NCBI GenBank assembly: GCA_951406725.2
Contig: OX597822.1
Coordinates: 6,758,001 to 6,822,000 of the forward strand
Length of the DNA stretch: 64,000 nt
Source: Octopus vulgaris
Taxonomy: Eukaryota
Direction: 5' to 3'
The translations under genes were made by a program, and so were the position numbers. The notes beneath the pieces were generated by a model. The model had not been told where the DNA came from, searched no databases, and saw only the letters and a program-made list of their open reading frames with translations. This document shows positions 54,817 through 64,000 of this stretch, piece after piece; the first letter of the stretch is position 1, and each line of letters opens with the position of its first letter.

Positions 54817-55428
54817 AAAATAGGGAATTCTGAGCACGATTGTTTCAACGCATTCAGAAGTTTATTTAGTAAGGCTTGGTTGAAGGAAACGTCGACGAGT
54901 GCGCTACTCATAATGCGTTTCTTATATATTACCTAAATTCACTTAGCGCAGTATCATGATTCACATACCTGGCTACTCTAGAAACAGCTGTTAGAGAATC
55001 ATTCGTGTGTTGAAGCATATTTTATTGTCTGGGGAGAGACACTCCCTTTTAATGCCTTTATTACTTAAGACACTCACCGGTTCGATTTCCACTCATTTAC
55101 TTATTTTTTCTAAAGTTTTCGTATCGTCTTGCAACCTCTTCAGTATTCTTTGCCTCGGTCCAATAACGGAAAGAGTCAACGACTATTGAAGACTAATGAA
55201 TTCACAAACACACAAATAGTATCCAAAGGTAAATCTTGTTTTCATTATGATTCACTATTTGGGATGTTTTAAATTTGTTTGCTCAGATGTGTTTCCCCCG
55301 GGGGGTTAGTTTGTCACATCATCTGTGGTGTGTAAATATTTCTTCGTTTGTTGAAACTTCAAACTTGTATTTGACACATCCTTGACTACTGAGTTTTAAT
55401 ACATCTTGGTTTGTGAAATATTTACGCA

Positions 55429-55431
<3 letters not shown>

Positions 55432-55515
<84 letters not shown>

Positions 55516-55783
55516 GTGTGTGTGTAAGTGTGTGTGTATCTGTGTGTATATGTGTGTGTGTGTGCGTGAGTGTGTGTATGTGCGTGTGTGTGTGCATGTG
55601 TGTGTGTGTGTGTGTGTGTGAGTGTGTGTGTGAGTGTGTGTGTGTATGTGTGTGTACATGTGTGTGTGTGTATGTGTGTGTATATGTGTGTGTGTACATG
55701 TGTGTGTATATGTGTGTGCATGTGTGTGTGTGTACATGTGTGTGTATATGTGTGTGTGTACATGTGTGTGTGTGTGTGTGTGC
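55432..55783. repeat. Long degenerate (TG)n
   Basis: Directly visible; another (TG)n lies at ~54752-54811. Confidence 0.95.
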
Positions 55784-56443
55784 ATGAGCCTGTTTGGGTG
55801 GAAAATGGTAAATGCATCTATACTTAGATATTAGAATCTTCTAAACGGCTATTTGAAAGAAACTGGATGTTTTTTCGTGCATGTTGCTTCCGCAACAGAT
55901 GTACCATCAGATGCAATCTATAGATCACATTCTCCCAATTGACAAAATCAAATGCATTATTCTCTACATTCTTTCTTCTTTAAGATTGTAGTGTAATTCG
56001 GGTAAGGTTTAGCTGTTCTATGCATGTTATCGAACCTCTAGTCTAGTTTGTTGATGTTTCAAGTGTAGTAGGCGCATCCGTGCTAAGCGTACGTCTGTCA
56101 GGGGAGCGCGAAAATGTTAGAATAGTGAGAAATGTCAATATATGCAGTTTACGTTAGAAATATTTGTTCTTCTAACACAATACACTTGAGGTACGAGGAT
56201 AAAACGTTTGCAGAGGAATAGAAAGCAAATACGAACAGGACTGAGAAACAATTATACGGAAATCTAATTGGTGTTATTTTCTATGTAGATATATTCAAGT
56301 CCCAGGTTCTCTAAGATAAACAACTAGAAATAAGGTTGCAGGGCATGCAAGGTTTTACAAGAGGAATTAAATGAAGTTAGGTTTGGGAAATAGCGTGAAT
56401 GCGTCTTTGACAAGGGGGAAATTAATTAGATGCATTTATGTTA

Positions 56444-56787
56444 TCTTTATATATAAAAGTCTGTGTCTGTCTCCTACGATTTAGATTCCTAACTACTCCC
56501 ACATTTGGGTATCTTATAGTGATTCACATCGAGCCCTTCTGCGTATTAGCGCGCGTCTACGATAAGTCTACGATTTAAAAAAAAAATTACCATCATGTTT
56601 TTCCATTTTAATGCATTTTTTTGCTATTATATAAGGGAAGTAACTCTCTAAAAATGTCTACGACGAGTCAACGATTAAAAAAAAATTTACCATCATTTTT
56701 TTGCTATTTTTTTGGCTATAACTCTCTAAAAATGCTTATATAGTTATTTCCCTTACAAACCCGAGCAACGCCGGGCGATACTGCTAG
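56444..56787 (+). mobile_element. Non-autonomous Helitron
   Basis: A|TCTTTATATATAAAAG 5' end, CCCG-AGCAACGC-CGGG hairpin, CTAG|T 3' end, no TSD, internal ~100-nt repeat. Confidence 0.85.
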
Positions 56788-57652
56788 TGTTAGATTAAAG
56801 AATAAAAGAACAGCGAGAAGAGAATCGGAACGAACAGACCCACAAAAGATTATGAATTAATAAGACAGAATAGAACATACAGAAATGAAATAAGAGACCA
56901 GGAATGAATATTATATTCACATTCTACTAAAATGAAGTATAAACATATCGTAATAGGCCTCATATTCTAGCAGTTTCGTTAATTATTCAGAATTGCAATA
57001 TTCTCGAACTGAAATTAAGTGAATTAGCAACACAAGACACGAGAGCATGTAATTCAAAGAATGGGTTTATATTCATTAACCAAAATCTGTGAAAGGCGTT
57101 TATATATGGCATAAATAAGGAGAATAGGACACGCTAGGAAATAGGATATTCTTATAAAATATATAGTGTATGACAAAACGTAATGTAAAAAATAAAAAAA
57201 AAAATTACAAATGTTTCCAAGATATAAAGAAACTAATTATTTTTCTTGTTGTCATGGAAGCCGAGAACAATACAGAACTCAAGATAAATGATAGAGGTGA
57301 AAAGAATGGAGAAAACATGACATATTAGCAAAAACTGACAAATTACATTAAATGAAATCATGACTGCAGAATTTTCTGTTTAATCGGTAAAAAGAAATCT
57401 TTTTACATGGTTAGAATTTGAGAAGTTTGAACAAGATCCGAACCAACGAGAAATAGATTTCTGTTGCAGTACAATACCTACAGAGCTGAAGCGGAAACTG
57501 CTAAAACTATATATTATTAAGCAGAGAACAAAAGATAAGTTTATAAGGAGTATAAGAAACTATAGCGCCAGTTTTTCATTACGAGCCTCCGAGTTTTAGT
57601 TAAAGGAAATATAAATAAATATATATATAAATATAAATAAATATATATATAA

Positions 57653-57734
<82 letters not shown>

Positions 57735-57820
57735 GTAGGCACAGGAGTGGCTGTATATATATTAGGTATGGTTATATAATGTAGGCACAGGATGGCTGTA
57801 TATAGCAATATATATATATG

Positions 57821-58230
57821 TAGGCACAGGAGTGGCTGTGTGGTAAGTAGTTGTCTACTAACCACATGGTTCCAGGTTCAGTCCCACTGCGTAGCACCTT
57901 GGGCAAGTGTCTTCTAATATAGCCTCGGGCCGACCAAAGCCTTGTGAGTGGATTTGGTAGACAGAAACTGAAAGAAGCCCGTCGTATATATGTATATATA
58001 TATGTGTGCGTGTGTGTGTTTGTGTGTCTGTGTTTGTCCCCCTAGCATTGCTTGACAACTGATGCTGGTGTGTCTATGTCCCCGTTACTTAGCGGTTCGG
58101 CAAAAGAGACCGATAGAATAAGTACTGGGCTTACAAAAGAATAAGTCCCGGCGTCGAGTTGCTCGATTAAAAGGCGGTGATCCAGCACTGCCGCAGTCAA
58201 ATGACTGAAACAAGTAAAAGATTAAAAGAG
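57821..58230 (+). mobile_element. SINE family A, full length
   Basis: Same head, body and tail as 21034 and 37149. Confidence 0.9.
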
Positions 58231-58622
58231 TAATATAGATGCATGCGTCCTACTCTTAGAAACCCCTACTGGACTGCAGTCACCCTGACCACCTGATCAA
58301 ATTCCCGCTTCCTGTCTTCGTCCTTAAATCTTCAGATGCACACTCTGACCAAGTCTGTTCCTGGGGCCATCCTGAGATTTCTCATCCATCTTTCAACCAA
58401 TTTGTTATTTCTTTTGAGGTATCCTCAATTTCTGTTTAAATTTGAGAATTTGAAGATTTCGCTTAAGAGGAAATTATGCCCTCAGGTCTTTCAGCTTTGT
58501 TTTGTCTCGCAACATCTGTAGGTAGAGTCTTCAAGGCAGATGAAAAATGTACACACACACACACATACACAAACAAACACTCATATACACATATGAAACA
58601 TACACTCAAACACACACACATA

Positions 58623-59885
58623 TTGAGTTATCCCATAAATAATGCAGTGTTTTTATACTTCTTTTATTTTTCAAAATCAAGAGAAACACAGTTCTTTTTT
58701 AATCTAAAACATACTCTCCTTCATGTTCGACAATGCTCTTCCGTCTGTCTGGTAGACTTGCAAGCCCCCTCTTGCAAAATTCACTTGCCCATGACGAAAA
58801 ATAATCACTCCCACGGTACTGCTCTAACCTTGTCTACAGAATTCATAATTTTTCCGTTCAAATGATTTTGAAGACTGCAGAATAAATGATAATCAGAAGG
58901 AGAAACGCCCGTGAATATGGTGGGCTGGACATCGTTTCCCATTCATCCTGCTTCAGCCCTCGCTGTATTTGGCATTATTCTGATTGAAGGACACCTTTTG
59001 TCTTGAAACCAAAGATGGTTGTTTTTCTTCTAGCGCTGACTTAAGCTGCTGAAGCTACTTGCACTAGATCTCCCTTGTTAACGTTTGGTTTGGGTTTAAA
59101 AGTTCAAATTGGATTAAACCTTTCATATCCCACCGAACTGATAACAACACCTTATGTGGGTGAAGATCTTCTTTAGCCTGGGTGCCGGTGTTTCTCCTTT
59201 CACTACTCACTGTCTTTAAGCGCTTGGCATCTTTATAGAGAACACATTTCTTGCCACCAGTCACTATTCGGTTCAAAAAAGGTTCATTCGTGAGACATGA
59301 CAGCAAAGAAGAGCACACATTCGCTCTTGGTGCGCGATTAGACTCTTGGTGCGCGATTAGACCCAATTTACTGACTTTTCCGATGGATCGCAGATGTCGA
59401 TGAGTGGTGGAATGACCAAATCCAAACTTCTCTGTTAGTTCTTCTATAGTTACGATGGGATTTTGCTCCACCAGGGTTTGCAGGATATCCTCGTCGAGCT
59501 CTACAGATCTTCCAGAACGAAGATCGTGTTCTAGGCTGTTGTTTGCGGCTCGGAATTTCTGCAACCACCGTTGACACAGGATTACGCTTATTGTCCGATC
59601 CTCATTTACTGCATTAATTTTCCTCGACTTTCCGTTGCGATGATACTTTTGTTGAACTCATAAAGCAAAATATGCCGAATATGCTCCTTTGTCACTTTCA
59701 TTATAGCTTTGAAAAAATAACTTAAATTAAAACAGTACTTTTCAAAACTTGCCCTAAATAAGGACAAGGTAAAATTACTACCTGTTTTACAGCAGATTGA
59801 AGCAGGTTGTTTATCCCGTCCCCTCCGACTCTTAGGTCATGAAATTGAAAAAAAGAAAAAACGAATTATTTCTGGGTTGACCCAA
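58623..59885 (-). mobile_element. Full-length (~1.26 kb) mariner transposon, inactive
   Basis: Imperfect TIRs TTGAGTTATCCCATAAATAAT and (rc) TTGGGTCAACCCAGAAATAAT, with TA on the left. Protein MKVTKEHIRHILLYEF, RSGR, IVTG, VLLSV.WD, QNNA, PPYS...SPSDYHLF. Confidence 0.88.
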
Positions 59886-59953
59886 CCAATCAATCAATCA
59901 ATCTATCTATCTATCTGTCTGTCTGTCTCTCTCTCTCTGTTTCTCTCTCTGTT

Positions 59954-60043
<90 letters not shown>

Positions 60044-61529
60044 TACGTACGCGTATGAATGAGAATAAGAAATATTAATGTTGGTATTTGGAGTGATGGA
60101 AACATGCTTCACACTTCAAGGTTGATAGTCTAGGAATGTTTAAAAAAATTCGAATACGTCGTTATTTCATTTACCCAGACAATTGCTATTCTCGCTGTGA
60201 AAAGAGAATTTCCTGACGTCTTATCTCTATCTATGCATTCATCTTATTCATGGCTTTTTCCCTGTGTGAAGCATTTGAAGATAAATATTCTTGCTTGTAA
60301 TCGCCACAACAAAGTAAGTTGGCGTAAAATTTAAATCTATGTGTGATAACATCTAGTAGTTAGTAAATTTATAATTTACCATTCACAGTTAGAAGAGATG
60401 CTTATTGCAGTACTTCATAGAACTTTGGACACAATGTCATAGGTTTGCTTATGTGATCTTTCACAGTGATAATCCACTTACGTCACGACTACTAGTTATT
60501 TCACTTGCTTTCCATTATCTGGCAATCTGAGGTCAATCCTATAGTTTGACCTCTAGCAACCTTTTGCTACATATAGAATGCATTATCAACATTTTTGTAA
60601 ACATATTTATTGCTTATTTCTATAGACGCATTTCCAAGTTACTGTTTAGAAAGTTCAAGGGTTACATCTTATAAGTTTTGTTTGCTTTACGAATACGGAT
60701 ATAAACTTATGCAGCGTTGAAGAAGAAAAATTCGCCGAACTGGAGAGGAGTGCAATGTTTCTATTTTGATAATATCACAATGTATTCTTGTTATTTCAAG
60801 CAGTGTAGATACCTGAAAATCGGTAGAATCATCAGTCACTAACCTTCATTCAGATCATTCACCTTCCATTTAAATTAGTATAGGCATTTTGATGGAGAAA
60901 TTTAGCTTCTATATTGAGTTAATTTGTAAAAGATTTAAATGTGATGAGAAACACAATGGCCTGAATATTTTCACTGTAATATATTTGCTTTTCGATAAAC
61001 TCATTATCTCCTTCAGCAGAAGTTTAACTAGTGATGTAATAGCTTCTTCAGTAATAATGAAGTTAATATGTCTTGCTTTGCTTATCTCAAAACGTCGCCG
61101 TATTTTATAGTTTTGTTGTTTCAAGTAGAATCACATCGGTGGTTACATGAACTACAATAGCAAATATTATATTACTTTATGAGGAAAGAGATACAGCAAA
61201 CCATGGGTGTGTGCTTTATATAATAATGACAAAAAAAGAAAAAGGAAATAACATTTTATATTTTTCAAACACTGAAAAGGATTATTTTTTTAGTGGATGA
61301 ATTATATAATCATTATTCAAAACCTAAATTACACACCTGTCTGTATACGTAAATATTAAAAAGAGGTAGTTAAACAAACATATACATAAGTTCCAACGAG
61401 CACAGAAAAGAGACACATTCGCATATCTAGAGGACTCACGCACACTTCGGTAGATATGACCTTGCGTGCCTATAGATTTATAATATACACACTATACATA
61501 TGAACTATATGTATATATATATATGTATA

Positions 61530-62640
61530 TAATTTATTTTACTAAGCCCTAATTATATAATATTTTATATATACATACATATATATACACACATACATAT
61601 ACACATACATATGCATACACACATATATACATATATACATATATACACACACACACACACATACATATATATATATATTTTTACATACATACACACACAC
61701 ACACACATAATACATGCGTATATTCCTACTATACCCATACATTTCTATACATATATACGATACACATATACAAGCGTACACATACAATATGTGAAAGGTC
61801 TTAGGAGAAAAGGTAATCGGGGGTGCTAGGGGAACGGTGGGATTGGGGGGTTTGTGGGTGGGGTGTCATCAATCTGGTTGCCGGGTAGGTCTATAGTTCT
61901 TGTAGTTTGCATAATTCTTATGCATGCAATTTGGGGAGTGTTCTGAGATCTTGTTAAGGAGAGGGCCTTTGGCGAACAAGATCTCTAGGCTCTCCGAAAT
62001 GCAAAGGTCACAGCAGGTATGGCCTCCTGTGTACGAACGCGCCTTCTGTAGTAGTTTCCACTTGGTCTTGGAGGGGATGGAGTTCCTTTTAAGGTACCAG
62101 ATGTGGGCGGCGAGGGTAGTTTGGTTGGATTTATCTGGTCGCCGGAACGAGTGTGTGTGGGCGTACCAACGGGTCTTAAAGCTGTTTGACGTCATTCCGA
62201 TGTAGGATTTTCTTTTATCATCAGGGCCTGATCTTACCTCGCATGTATATACTAGGTCCCTCTGTAGGCAGTTGTTGTTGAGGGGGCAGGTGGTTTTATC
62301 AGGACAGTTGCAATTGCTATCGGACGTTGGATGGGCCTCGGAAAAAGTAGATATATTAAGTTTTTTCACATTGTTGTTGGCTAGGTTCCTGGCTAGATTG
62401 GGCGTGGTAGAGTAGGAGAGTCTAATAGTGTTCTTATTTAGGATAGTGTAGTACTTATGTTGGGTGGGGAAGTGTTTCTGTAGGAGAGTGAAGAAGATTT
62501 TAGCTACAGGTGTAGCGACCTCACGGTTGAAGGGGGGGTTGTACCAGCTACATTAGCTGATGCAACCCCCCCCTTCAACTTTTTCCGAGGCCCATCCAAC
62601 GTCCGATAGCAATTGAAACTGCCCTGATAAAACCACCATA

Positions 62641-62686
<46 letters not shown>

Positions 62687-62964
62687 TATATGTATATATG
62701 TGTGTATGCATATGTATGTGTATATGTATGTGTGTATATATATGTATGTATATATAAAATATTATATAATTAGGGCTTAGTAAAATAAATTACTTTGCCA
62801 CATACTGAACTTTCTAGAAATAGCAGCCAAAAAAGTTTTTTAGCCATTTCCACTACTTAAAGAAAATTTCTCTCAGACAATGTTTACTCAAAAATAATGG
62901 TCCTTTTACATACTGAATACTTGGTGAAATTGATTAATAACTAATTAACTTTACCCTCAATTGT

Positions 62965-62965
<1 letters not shown>
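61530..62965 (-). mobile_element. Penelope-like element (Neptune-like) 3' part with inverted terminal segment
   Basis: Coding on the minus strand 61869-62549. 61530-~61668 is inverted at ~62639-62792. TA tracts flank the structure. Confidence 0.8.
61869..62549 (-). pseudogene. PLE linker plus GIY-YIG endonuclease, open frame, 5'-truncated
   Basis: Continuous frame SWYNPPFNREV..KHFP..HKYYTILNKNTIRLSYS..CNCPDKTTCPLNNNCL..LVY..SYIGMTSNSFKTRWYAH..CDLCISE..CMH. Confidence 0.9.
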
Positions 62966-62966
<1 letters not shown>

Positions 62967-63060
<94 letters not shown>

Positions 63061-63237
63061 GTGTGTATATATATATTTTTATATATATATATATATGTAT
63101 ATATATGTGTATATGTATATATATATATATATAGTGTACGCGAGTATGTCGATGTATATGTAGGTATGTAGAGTTATGTGTATGTGCATGTATGTGTGTA
63201 TGTACAGATTGTAGATGTGTATATATATATGTGTATG

Positions 63238-63311
<74 letters not shown>

Positions 63312-63480
63312 ATGTATATATATATATATGTATATGTAGGTATGTAGAGTTATACGTATGTGCATGTGTATATATACGTATATATATATATGTATGTGTA
63401 TGTGTATGTATGCATATATATGTGTGTGTGTGAGTATGTGTGTATATGTATGTATATATGTATATATGTGTGTATGTGTA

Positions 63481-63525
<45 letters not shown>

Positions 63526-63658
63526 GTGTGTATGTATATGTATGTGTGTGTGTATATATATATGTGTGTGTGTGTATGTATGTATATGTATATGTATGTG
63601 TGTATGTATATATATATATATGTGTGTGTATGTATATGTGTGTGTATGTATATGTATG

Positions 63659-63689
<31 letters not shown>

Positions 63690-63820
63690 ATGTATATGTA
63701 TGTATGTATGTGTGTGTATGTGTATGTGTATATGTACATATACGTGTACGCTCGTGTGTTTATGTATATGTAGGTACGTAGAGTTATGTATGTGTGTATG
63801 TATATGTACATATGTATAAG

Positions 63821-63870
<50 letters not shown>
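62967..63870. repeat. Compound TA/TG microsatellite field
   Basis: Directly visible. TATGTAGGTA(T/C)GTAGAGTTA recurs at ~63157, ~63333 and ~63767. Confidence 0.95.
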
Positions 63871-63871
<1 letters not shown>

Positions 63872-64000
63872 AAGTTTATATGTATGTATCCGTCTGTATA
63901 ATAGGTCACTGCACGTATATATACTTAATATTTATTATTTATTTTTTGAGTATGTATGTATGTATATGAATAACTGCACGTATATATATTTTATTATTTA

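Overview
Eukaryotic, AT-rich, microsatellite-dense non-coding DNA with no host exon I can support. The repeat mix (tRNA-head SINEs with internal (TA)n, Dong/R4, Penelope-like, CR1, Tc1/mariner, Helitrons) suggests a cephalopod such as Octopus, but this is inference only. All recognisable coding sequence is dead transposon. It comprises a 5'-truncated Dong/R4 retrotransposon between (AAT)n tracts (3480-5922), two Neptune-like Penelope-like elements (PLEs; 14365-16147 and 61530-62965), other PLE fragments, two CR1-type 3' ends, a full-length mariner (58623-59885), and further mariner, Tc1 and hAT fossils. The most notable unannotated signal is a set of hammerhead-ribozyme (HHR) motifs read by eye in short non-coding pieces that abut (TA)n tracts. 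One is canonical and lies in a PLE 3' UTR. Several are core variants, including a ~185-nt multicopy element with a CUGUNGA core and a compensatory change in stem II. Four such pieces form head-to-head fold-backs, and two of the inversion junctions fall at the ribozyme. A local SINE copy has also been duplicated, inverted, into a nearby (TA)n tract. Most ORFs in the supplied track are microsatellite artefacts. Boundaries are by eye (about +/-10 nt unless termini are quoted).
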